From: a virus | Taxonomy: Duplodnaviria > Caudoviricetes | Direction: 5' to 3' (one strand) | DNA length: 64,000 nucleotides | IMG/VR virus record: IMGVR_UViG_3300037067_006298 | Span: 1-64,000 of that record | Shown: positions 37,350-45,722 of the stretch, in pieces | How positions within the stretch are numbered: the first letter of the stretch is position 1 | Layout of the letters: each line of letters starts with the position of its first letter | The notes under the pieces: model-generated | What the model was told of the DNA's origin: nothing | Seen by the model: only the letters and a program-made list of their open reading frames with translations | Database searches by the model: none | Translations under genes and position numbers: made by a program

Positions 37350-39197
37350 TTATGTTAATGCAATTGTAGGTTCTGGTTCTGCACACTGTCTCTTGATAAA
37401 ATCGTCAAGATAATATGTGGTATATTTATTTGCTGCATTGCTTTCATTTGCATAAAATAATATTTCGTCCCACGTAACAGCCGGAGCAGAATTAGTGCAT
37501 AATGCAACTCCATCAATTTTAATTGTTGTACCAGTTGACAAAAATATAATTTCAACTTCATGCCATCCTGTTGTTACTGCAATTGTTGAATTTACCCATC
37601 CCCCATTAACATAATATCTCCAACTTGGACTCGTTATTATGGTGGCAGATACAGCAAGAACCCTTGTTAAAGCAAGTCTTATTTCTTCCATCATAAGGGT
37701 AGTTCCAGAAATAGTTAAACTTGTTATATATACCCAACATTTTATAGAATGTCTATTATCGTTAAATACTTTTGACATTGACGCAATCTTGGCTGTTCCT
37801 GTTTCTCCAGAATATAATTTGACACTATTTACACCGCTTCTTTTTTCCACAGTACTTAATGCAACTGTTGCATTCCCTGTAAGTGTTGTTTTCCAATTTA
37901 CTAAAGGAGATCCTGTATTATAAGTTAAATCGCTTGTTACAACTCTTGTATCCCAGTTTGCACCATTTTTATATGAAAAATAAATATAAAGCAATCCATT
38001 AAATAAAAACATTTTTGCACAAGCCCTTCCGTCTTGCATAATCCAAACCTCATCTGTTAGTTGAAATCCTGAAATAGGATTATTACTTTTTAAAGCATTT
38101 GTTGCCCAATCAGCCCCATAAACCCAACCCTCCGAAGATTCGATTAACATCCAATATTCACCATTAATAAATTGTACCGAAGGAGCAGCAAAATATAAAT
38201 GACCAAAATCAACATTGTTAAATACTTCAATCGCTGTTGCTGCTGCCAGTCCGTCAATGGTATCCGCAACCTTAACCCATATTTCACGAGTTGTTTTTAC
38301 AGGATAATTCCCACGATTCCAATAGAGATAATATTTTCCATCATTGGGATTTTTAAAAATTGACGAACCGTTGTTGTAATATCCCGCCTGTGCAGCAACG
38401 ACAGTAACTTCATCAGAAAAATTAATGCCATCAACAGAAGTTCTTTTCACGATATAAAAATCAGCTCCTGCATCTGCATAGTCCATATCATAAAATAATG
38501 TGAAAACGCCATTTTCATAAATGCAATTAGGCCATCGAGTAGATGCCATAATAGGATTGTCAGCATACTTTATCCAACCATCTGTCAATGAATTACTTCT
38601 TGCTAATCCTATTCCTTCATTCTGCGTACCGCAATAATACATCCAATATTTATAACCATCCAAATTAGCTTCAACCACACATGCTGTGTGTGTATCACCA
38701 GTTTCCCATGCTTCGGAAGCACTTAATACCTGAACTTCTGTTCCTAATTTTAAAAATGAGTTATTAAAATCAAATGAATCAAAGAACTCAAAAGTATTTC
38801 CTCCATCAGAATAAGCAGAAGTTATTTGTGAATTTCCATACCATAGATTTATAACTTTAATTGAATTTGCAGCAATCGAAGGAATTTTAACCCATATTAT
38901 ACTATCCCCAGAAGTGTTCCATGTTTCAATCCAATAATTAAGGAAATCATTTATGCCCACTCCTCCGGTATCCATAAAACGAATATCATAACCATTTGCA
39001 TTACATCTTGAATAATCAAAATTTGCAGTAGTCAAAGTAATTTTAACCTGATAATTAGTTAATGCTCCTCCTGAAGAATTATCAATAGTAATTATTGTAT
39101 TACGTGACTTCCAGTAACTCTTCCAAGAAGAGGAAGAAGCACCGATTCTTGGCTTTTTAAATCCAAATGGTTTTATGCCTATCTGTTGAACACCCAT
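37350..39197 (-). CDS. DUF2341 + glycoside-hydrolase-like beta-propeller + lectin-like virion protein
   Basis: NYQVKITL...FDYS......DIRF...YWIE.W.....IWVKIP.I (DUF2341); KYADNPI, WPNCIYENGVFTLFY, AAPSV..INGEYWM propeller repeats; beta-sandwich C-terminus. Confidence 0.65.
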   Translation of the reverse strand: MGVQQIGIKPFGFKKPRIGASSSSWKSYWKSRNTIITIDNSSGGALTNYQVKITLTTANFDYSRCNANGYDIRFMDTGGVGINDFLNYWIETWNTSGDSIIWVKIPSIAANSIKVINLWYGNSQITSAYSDGGNTFEFFDSFDFNNSFLKLGTEVQVLSASEAWETGDTHTACVVEANLDGYKYWMYYCGTQNEGIGLARSNSLTDGWIKYADNPIMASTRWPNCIYENGVFTLFYDMDYADAGADFYIVKRTSVDGINFSDEVTVVAAQAGYYNNGSSIFKNPNDGKYYLYWNRGNYPVKTTREIWVKVADTIDGLAAATAIEVFNNVDFGHLYFAAPSVQFINGEYWMLIESSEGWVYGADWATNALKSNNPISGFQLTDEVWIMQDGRACAKMFLFNGLLYIYFSYKNGANWDTRVVTSDLTYNTGSPLVNWKTTLTGNATVALSTVEKRSGVNSVKLYSGETGTAKIASMSKVFNDNRHSIKCWVYITSLTISGTTLMMEEIRLALTRVLAVSATIITSPSWRYYVNGGWVNSTIAVTTGWHEVEIIFLSTGTTIKIDGVALCTNSAPAVTWDEILFYANESNAANKYTTYYLDDFIKRQCAEPEPTIALT

Positions 39198-39209
39198 GGT
39201 TAATGAATT

Positions 39210-39536
39210 TTATTTCAGAAACCATACTTTAAACGTACACCCGGTAGTTGGCACTAACGTGGTAAATCTCCCTTCAAACGGGATATATTGAGGATATGTG
39301 TAGGCTAATTTATTTGCTGCCACATTTGTTGATGTTCCAGTCTTGCCTGCCCTGCCCATGGTTGTTTCTTCTTGCATGGCGGTAAATGTGCCTCCATTCT
39401 CATCCATGCTCATGAAAGCTGCAACTATTTTACCGGTGAAATCATGACTGGCTAAGGTAATTATATCCCAGACATCAGGAGTTCCGGCACCACCATTTCC
39501 AAGTGCCAGATCGTTTACTGTAGCGTTATATCCCAT
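39210..39536 (-). CDS. hypothetical structural protein
   Basis: 108 aa; located between capsid and tail genes. Confidence 0.55.
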   Translation of the reverse strand: MGYNATVNDLALGNGGAGTPDVWDIITLASHDFTGKIVAAFMSMDENGGTFTAMQEETTMGRAGKTGTSTNVAANKLAYTYPQYIPFEGRFTTLVPTTGCTFKVWFLK

Positions 39537-39582
39537 GACTTTAAATATTATATTACAAACGGACTAAATACGATAATTGATT

Positions 39583-39590
39583 CAAAGTTA
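39583..39590 (-). promoter_or_regulatory. -7 promoter box TAACTTTG
   Basis: Intergenic, downstream of terminator, 47 nt before start at 39536. Confidence 0.45.
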
Positions 39591-39602
39591 CAACTATTTG
39601 AC

Positions 39603-39637
39603 AAAAGAAAGCCCGGACTTCGTTAAAAAATCCGGGC
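39603..39637 (-). terminator. intrinsic terminator
   Basis: GCCCGGA...TCCGGGC stem followed by TTTCTTTT. Confidence 0.65.
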
Positions 39638-39677
39638 GACATGAAAAGAGTAAAACTACGCAACGAAAAATGGAATA

Positions 39678-40625
39678 CTATTCGTCTTCGTCTTTATCTA
39701 GTTTAGCTTCTTTTTTCTTCCCTGCGTTGGGGTTGTTTGTCAATAACACGGCTTGTACGTCTTCCCTAAATCCTTCATTCCCCTGATAATACTCATACAA
39801 GGCTTCATTAGGACTTTTAGTTACAGGTATCTTGCATACCTCGGTAATACCTTCTTTTGTCTTCCATATCCATCTTTTTACCTTCCCGGTGTTCTCGTAC
39901 ACGAGTAATCCAAGGTCCATGGTTTTTGTAATAGACACACGTGTTTTTATTTCTTCTTCGGCATTTACCATGCGGAAAAATTCATCTGGACCTGTTTTTG
40001 TTTCATTGATCTTGGTTTCAAGTTGCCATTGTACCTGAGCAAGTGTGTATTCGTCAATGCCGGGGATGAAATATGCTTTCGCAACTTCACGTAATTTGGC
40101 TTCTGGTAATCCGAAGTCCTCTCCGTAAAGCAATCCTTCAATTTTTGTCTGAAGTCTTTTCCTTGTTGCCCTCTTTTCTGCTTCTGTCACGAGGTCTTCA
40201 AACATAAACTTAGGTGTATTTGACTGCACAAGGTTCTTGTTCTCTTTGAGTTCTTCTTCGCTTATGAGACGATATTCAGACTTTCTCAAAAGGAAATAAA
40301 TGAGTTCAATGTCATTGCGTTTCAGCCACCTTGAACCAAAAAGCAGGAATTTCTTTGGGGTGTACTTCTTAATGTTCTTCTCATCAACCGTGACATTTTC
40401 TGCATACCTCCATACCTCTGTGCCGTTTGGGGTCTTAACAAGTGCTTTCAGATCAAAAGAAATTGATCTTGGTTGGTCTGGTTTACGGTTGTGTTTCAAC
40501 CTGCTTGGTACAATCCTACTTGGAGGATATGTTACCTTAACTGGAAATTTGCCATGAAAAAAGGCTTCAACAGCCTCGATTTCTTTTGCCGATAACTTAT
40601 ACGGCTCATCATTCTTGTATAACAT
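39678..40625 (-). CDS. conserved capsid-adjacent protein (possible cargo/structural)
   Basis: ORF track 39678-40772; ATG at 40625 (MLYKND) lies downstream of MCP stop and terminator. Confidence 0.6.
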   Translation of the reverse strand: MLYKNDEPYKLSAKEIEAVEAFFHGKFPVKVTYPPSRIVPSRLKHNRKPDQPRSISFDLKALVKTPNGTEVWRYAENVTVDEKNIKKYTPKKFLLFGSRWLKRNDIELIYFLLRKSEYRLISEEELKENKNLVQSNTPKFMFEDLVTEAEKRATRKRLQTKIEGLLYGEDFGLPEAKLREVAKAYFIPGIDEYTLAQVQWQLETKINETKTGPDEFFRMVNAEEEIKTRVSITKTMDLGLLVYENTGKVKRWIWKTKEGITEVCKIPVTKSPNEALYEYYQGNEGFREDVQAVLLTNNPNAGKKKEAKLDKDEDE

Positions 40626-40639
40626 AATTATTAAGATTA

Positions 40640-40667
40640 AAGAAGATAAGGGGAAGTTCCCTTCCCC
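40640..40667 (-). terminator. hairpin/terminator after major capsid gene
   Basis: GGGGAAG-GGAA-CTTCCCC (GNRA loop) then TTATCTTCTTT. Confidence 0.6.
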
Positions 40668-40686
40668 CTCCTCTGTGGTTACAATA

Positions 40687-42060
40687 CTATTTTGCTTCCA
40701 AAAGAACCATCTGGTTGCCTCCCCTGTGATGTGCTCCAAGATGTGTTCTCTGGTATGTGTTGCGATTATCAATATCGGTCACTTTCAGACCTTCTCCTGC
40801 GCCACCTACCTGCCAAACTTCCATTCTCCGTGAATACTTGCCAAGAGCACGATAGCGAACACCAATGCTATCAATCATCTTGCCGGATTTTGGATCTTTT
40901 CTCTGGTTGAGTGGAAGGAATACTCCCATCTTAGGTGCGGTAGAACCTGCAACTCCATCAGTCTGCGGGTTATTGAATCCACCCATTCTCTTGAACATAA
41001 ATGTTCTCTCTGATTTGGTCAGATAGGTGAAGTTCACTGATGCACTAAGAGCCTCGTTGGAGTGGAACAATGCCTCGTTTGTTGCCTGTTTTGCAAAATT
41101 GATATTAGTGTTTGCAAAATAAGTTTTGAGTGCATTCTCAATATCCTGATGGAGTGATATTCCTAACAGTCCGAGGATATTATTTCCTGCAAACTCTCTG
41201 TCAAGAGTATTTGCCATTTCGTCAAACTCATCAACGGTAAATGCTCCGTCAACACAAGCCTGTTCGTTCCCTATTCGTCTGATATAAGGAATAAGTCCTT
41301 CTGTGGTTTTGATAGGACGGCCTGTTATAGGGTCTGTTATGACGTTTGTTGACCGTTTTCCCCAAAGGAGAGCACCATCAATCTTCAGTGCCATACGGTA
41401 GTCAATTTCAAGTTGTCCCTTGTAATAATATGCAGGGAGTGACTGTCCTTCGCTGGTAATTGTTACCCATGACTGATTGACCATTTCTGATCCGGTAACA
41501 CCAATGGATTCCTTGATTATCTGTGCATCATTGTCGTATTCCCATGTGCCGGATAATGCACCGGTTGGCTGTCCTGATCCTTCCGAAAATGCACTTGTCC
41601 TTATTGCAAGAGTATCTCCTGCGGAAAGTGCGGGGAATTGGTCTGTTATCTCATTAAGTCTTACCGTTACAACTGGTGCTGCCGGAACTGTGACATCAAT
41701 ATCAATAACTGATCCCATAGCCTCATTTGAGAACTTCAAAATATCCCATTTCCTGAGATAGAAATTGTTGTTTGCATCAAGGTCAACGGTATCGAGTGTG
41801 AATATGATGTTTGCGCCAACTGCGGGTTGTGCTACGTTGGCCCTAACATGAACAACTTCGTGAATATTATTATCCTCAAAGTGTCCGTAAGTGTCGAGTG
41901 CTACCGGTTGTTCAAATCCCATTGATCTGAGTAACTGGAAGTAAGATGCGCCCTGATCTCCCCGTCTGCTAAACAGGGTGTTCAAAATCTCTGGCTTGTG
42001 AAGGTCAAAGTTTGAAATGATGTCTGAGGCATATATTTGAGCAATAGCTTCTGGTCCCAT
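40687..42060 (-). CDS. major capsid protein (crAss-like HK97 fold)
   Basis: 457 aa after portal and scaffold; Y.N..QIIKES...TG, E...L.G, T.GL..YI motifs. Confidence 0.8.
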   Translation of the reverse strand: MGPEAIAQIYASDIISNFDLHKPEILNTLFSRRGDQGASYFQLLRSMGFEQPVALDTYGHFEDNNIHEVVHVRANVAQPAVGANIIFTLDTVDLDANNNFYLRKWDILKFSNEAMGSVIDIDVTVPAAPVVTVRLNEITDQFPALSAGDTLAIRTSAFSEGSGQPTGALSGTWEYDNDAQIIKESIGVTGSEMVNQSWVTITSEGQSLPAYYYKGQLEIDYRMALKIDGALLWGKRSTNVITDPITGRPIKTTEGLIPYIRRIGNEQACVDGAFTVDEFDEMANTLDREFAGNNILGLLGISLHQDIENALKTYFANTNINFAKQATNEALFHSNEALSASVNFTYLTKSERTFMFKRMGGFNNPQTDGVAGSTAPKMGVFLPLNQRKDPKSGKMIDSIGVRYRALGKYSRRMEVWQVGGAGEGLKVTDIDNRNTYQRTHLGAHHRGGNQMVLLEAK

Positions 42061-42131
42061 GATTTTAGTTTTTTAAAAAATGAATACTATTTAAGAATAC
42101 ATTGCCTCTTGTAATTACTGTTTCAAAAAAA

Positions 42132-43352
42132 TTATCTTCCTGTTTCCAATTCGTATGCCTTCTTACGTTGCTCCTCTTCTGTTGATACTTTAGGTACAGC
42201 AGGTGGATTGTCGTTGTTCTTAGGCGATGGATTGTGGTAAAATTTCAGTAAATCATTTTCGATAATAGTTCTCGCACGTTCAAATATGGCGTGGTAGATT
42301 TCTGACCGATTTGAGTTCTGAATGTCATCGAACATTGCTTGTGCTACCATCCTGACGTTTGCTTCATTAACTTCCAATTGGTTGCTAACTACATAATCAA
42401 GAGCGTTTTTTAGCACGGCCTTCTTAGACTCCTCCGGTAATACGAAGTTGACAATAGGTTCTGTTCCTCCTTTTAAGGTTATCGGAATAGTTGAAAATTC
42501 CGCACCCATTTTTTCATTTACCGTTGTCCATGCAGTTTTTTGTTTTTCTTCAACCTCTGGTGTCCATTTGGACTGAGGTGAGGCATCTTCTTTTGGAATC
42601 TCTGGCATTTTGATCTTCTCTTTCAGAGTTCTTAACCTTTCTCTGGCCTTCGCTCCATCGGAACTTACACCAATAAGATTAGTGTCGTGGTCAAAAATGA
42701 GTTTATCCAACTCCTCCTGAGTAAGTTCTCCAGACTCTACCCTTTTGGGGTCAATAAGCGAGGAATCCACATTATACTTCTTCTCGAAGTATTTGCGTAC
42801 CTGTGGTTCCTTTCCTGCGAATGCCGGGTTCTCAATGATATGTTGCATGACCAACGCATCCATGTCACTCATGTTTGCTAAATCAGTGCTGTTAATCTTA
42901 TTGAAAACGATGGCGTCTTTAATACCTGTCTCACGTGCAAACTCATTAAACTTCGCAATGTCGTCACTTGCAAAGGCGTGTTTTGGTTTTTTCGCTAATG
43001 AATCTGTAAGTTCCTGAGTCTTCTGTCTCAGAGTCGTCAGTTCCTTAAATGCTTCAGGTATTGCTTTTTTGGCATCATCAACCGTCTTAAACTGATCACC
43101 GAATATCTCATTCAGTATGCCAGTGCGGATGGCCTCGATGTCGGGTACAATATCTTTTATGGGTTCTGTTTTGGAAGTATTTACAACGGGTTCGGTTTTA
43201 ACCGGTTCAGTCTTTCCTGTATCGGGTACAACCGGTTCCTCCGTTATCCCGTTTAGTTTATTGATTTGTGTTGCTATTGATGCTGTGTCCACACCCTCAA
43301 TTGACATGAGTGCGTCCATTTCTGAATCACCGCCTGCTTGTTTCTTTGCCAT
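42132..43352 (-). CDS. putative scaffolding protein
   Basis: Acidic, helical, low-complexity N-terminus; between portal and MCP. Confidence 0.6.
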   Translation of the reverse strand: MAKKQAGGDSEMDALMSIEGVDTASIATQINKLNGITEEPVVPDTGKTEPVKTEPVVNTSKTEPIKDIVPDIEAIRTGILNEIFGDQFKTVDDAKKAIPEAFKELTTLRQKTQELTDSLAKKPKHAFASDDIAKFNEFARETGIKDAIVFNKINSTDLANMSDMDALVMQHIIENPAFAGKEPQVRKYFEKKYNVDSSLIDPKRVESGELTQEELDKLIFDHDTNLIGVSSDGAKARERLRTLKEKIKMPEIPKEDASPQSKWTPEVEEKQKTAWTTVNEKMGAEFSTIPITLKGGTEPIVNFVLPEESKKAVLKNALDYVVSNQLEVNEANVRMVAQAMFDDIQNSNRSEIYHAIFERARTIIENDLLKFYHNPSPKNNDNPPAVPKVSTEEEQRKKAYELETGR

Positions 43353-43374
43353 AGTTAGTTGTTATTTGGTTTTA

Positions 43375-43382
43375 CAAATTTA
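43375..43382 (-). promoter_or_regulatory. -7 promoter box TAAATTTG
   Basis: In the 40-nt gap between portal and scaffold. Confidence 0.45.
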
Positions 43383-43392
43383 TGAAAATTCC

Positions 43393-45684
43393 TTATGCCG
43401 ATACCGGAACTTGATTTTTTGCCGTGTCCTGAACAATACTTAAACTGGATTGAAGACCAAGTTTTTCCATATCTCTTGAATGTTGAAGTTGGGCATATTT
43501 CTCATCAATAGCTTTTTTGGCTTCATATAGTTTGATTTGTTCGTCTGTTTTGACTTTTTCCTCGTTCTCTAATAATTGATTTTTGAGTTGAATTGCTTCT
43601 TGTTCTCGTTGTTTATCTAAGTTCATATTGGCTTCTTGTAGTTTTTGTTGCTTCTCTTTGTTCTTTTTTGTTTTATAATTCAAAAATGCTTCAGCATATT
43701 TTAAACTACCAGACTCCAAAAGTCTTTCTATCATCAAAAAGTCAGCCAACTCAATTCCAATTATTCCATCCCTGTCCGGTGACATTGCCTTTGTCGCTGC
43801 ATTAAGAATACTTACTTTCCTCTCTCTCGTGGGTTTCGCTTCATATTTGATGAAGTAATTCGCATCTACGGTATCTGCACCAACGCTTATGACCTGTACC
43901 CCGATATTGCCTATTACTGGCATATATCCTGTATAGGCTTCTTTGTCGTGTTTTATAAGCAATTGCAGTCTCAGGGATATATTCTTTGCAGTTTGTTCTT
44001 TTAAGGTTATATAAGCTCCATAAATTGAGCGTAAGGCATTATTTGTTGCTGCCATTGCGATTTCCGATCCTCCTACTGACTGTTCAGGATTTGGAGTTGT
44101 TGCATCCGCTATTTGATTTATACCCGTGAGGTCACGAATAGCATTGGTATTAAATTCAAATATCGTGATGAACTCTCCAAGTTGCGCTCCGATGCCTCCC
44201 TTTAACTCTTCGATTGGATTACGTCCACTCGGGGTGTTCATTACTCCCTTATGAGTAGTTGCCTTCCAAATCAAATTACCGGTCTGTCTCTGTATTTTCA
44301 GAATTTCAAGAGGTTCCATCTTGTTCTTCCCAAGAGTCATGTTCTGTAAAGAGGTAAATTCGATAGCGATTCCGGGAGGTGATGCCATTGCAATAGCATT
44401 TTGCAACTTACAATAAGTTAGGGCTATCTGATGTAGGTGAGATTCTGAAAGACTTACAAGCGATCTGTAAGGTAGTTTATAAAGATGATACGATAATTCC
44501 ACTTCTTTCTTACCCGGACGTGGCACGTCAAACTGTAATCCAAAATCGTACACGTGATCTGTGCCTACTATCCATTTGCATTTATAAACAACTTTGATAT
44601 CAAACTTCTCAGTCTTTTTCTTATCTGTGTTATGAACTTTTCCCCATTCCTCATCATAGGTTAATTCAGTTCCGTATTGCGTTGTGCGAGTAGTACGGTA
44701 ACGACTATCTATTGAAAACCACTCACTATCCATTACATCAACAAGGAATCCATCATAAGTGCCTGAATGAGTATCCGTGCTGTATGAGTAAGTACTCAAA
44801 TCAGGATTACCGTTCATCCCTTCGTATTCCTTTGCTAATGCGAGGAGTTCTTCTTCTTTTATTTCAGGATTGAATTTACGGAGATCAGAAATAAGTACCT
44901 GAATCAACTCTCCCGCATATTCCATGTTTTTGTGATCAACCGATTTTGAGTATTGCCCGACAAAAACTGCGGGGTCAACGTATCTTACTTTTACTTTTTT
45001 GGTGTACTGATCGGTATAGTCTTTTGTTGCTGCACAATTTATCACGCAAAGGTCTCTGATTATTTGTCTCTTTATCTCTTTCCATTCAGAGATATAAAAC
45101 GTGTAATCAAGCCCCTGTTCAATCTCAATTTCCTTTGCGAGTTTAAATCCTCCGGCTCCTTCGTATAGATTTAGTTCCTCCATACTTTCAGGAACATATT
45201 CTCCTGTGCGGTCGATGCCCATAGATTGATCTATGTAATTGAGGATTTCTTTGAACTTCATCCGGTACTGCATATCCAATTTTGCAGATTCTTTTTCTTC
45301 CGTACTCGAAGGGTCAACTGCTGTTGCTACTACCTGGTGATCGGTTTGTTCCAACATCCCCTCTACTACCCTTAAAAATTTTGGCATGACAGAGAATACA
45401 TCCCAGTTGATATTCATGTAACCTGTCATCTTTGCATTGGGGTCTGCTACTTCGAGTAGTATTTTCTGATATTGACGTGGATCTTGTTTTCCGTCTGCTA
45501 ATTCTCTTAATGAAGCAAATTCACTTACGGTAGAAAATGGTATTGCGCTTTTGCCTGTCTTCCATCTTGAATACATGGCTTCGCACCACTTCTTTCCCCA
45601 TTCTTCATTTTTCTCTTTTGGATTAATGTCATCCTTTGGAAACGGATAACCTCCTTTGGTGTATTTTTCGAGCGAAACTGGCAT
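43393..45684 (-). CDS. portal protein (crAss-like)
   Basis: 763 aa after terL; ELR.LA.G.Q...Y, PKF..V..G, V.YVDP, Y...TGIN. Confidence 0.8.
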   Translation of the reverse strand: MPVSLEKYTKGGYPFPKDDINPKEKNEEWGKKWCEAMYSRWKTGKSAIPFSTVSEFASLRELADGKQDPRQYQKILLEVADPNAKMTGYMNINWDVFSVMPKFLRVVEGMLEQTDHQVVATAVDPSSTEEKESAKLDMQYRMKFKEILNYIDQSMGIDRTGEYVPESMEELNLYEGAGGFKLAKEIEIEQGLDYTFYISEWKEIKRQIIRDLCVINCAATKDYTDQYTKKVKVRYVDPAVFVGQYSKSVDHKNMEYAGELIQVLISDLRKFNPEIKEEELLALAKEYEGMNGNPDLSTYSYSTDTHSGTYDGFLVDVMDSEWFSIDSRYRTTRTTQYGTELTYDEEWGKVHNTDKKKTEKFDIKVVYKCKWIVGTDHVYDFGLQFDVPRPGKKEVELSYHLYKLPYRSLVSLSESHLHQIALTYCKLQNAIAMASPPGIAIEFTSLQNMTLGKNKMEPLEILKIQRQTGNLIWKATTHKGVMNTPSGRNPIEELKGGIGAQLGEFITIFEFNTNAIRDLTGINQIADATTPNPEQSVGGSEIAMAATNNALRSIYGAYITLKEQTAKNISLRLQLLIKHDKEAYTGYMPVIGNIGVQVISVGADTVDANYFIKYEAKPTRERKVSILNAATKAMSPDRDGIIGIELADFLMIERLLESGSLKYAEAFLNYKTKKNKEKQQKLQEANMNLDKQREQEAIQLKNQLLENEEKVKTDEQIKLYEAKKAIDEKYAQLQHSRDMEKLGLQSSLSIVQDTAKNQVPVSA

Positions 45685-45702
45685 TTATCAAAAGATTTTC
45701 AA

Positions 45703-45710
45703 CAAAGTTA
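45703..45710 (-). promoter_or_regulatory. -7 promoter box TAACTTTG
   Basis: In the 38-nt gap between terL and portal. Confidence 0.45.
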
Positions 45711-45722
45711 ATGTTTTATCTC

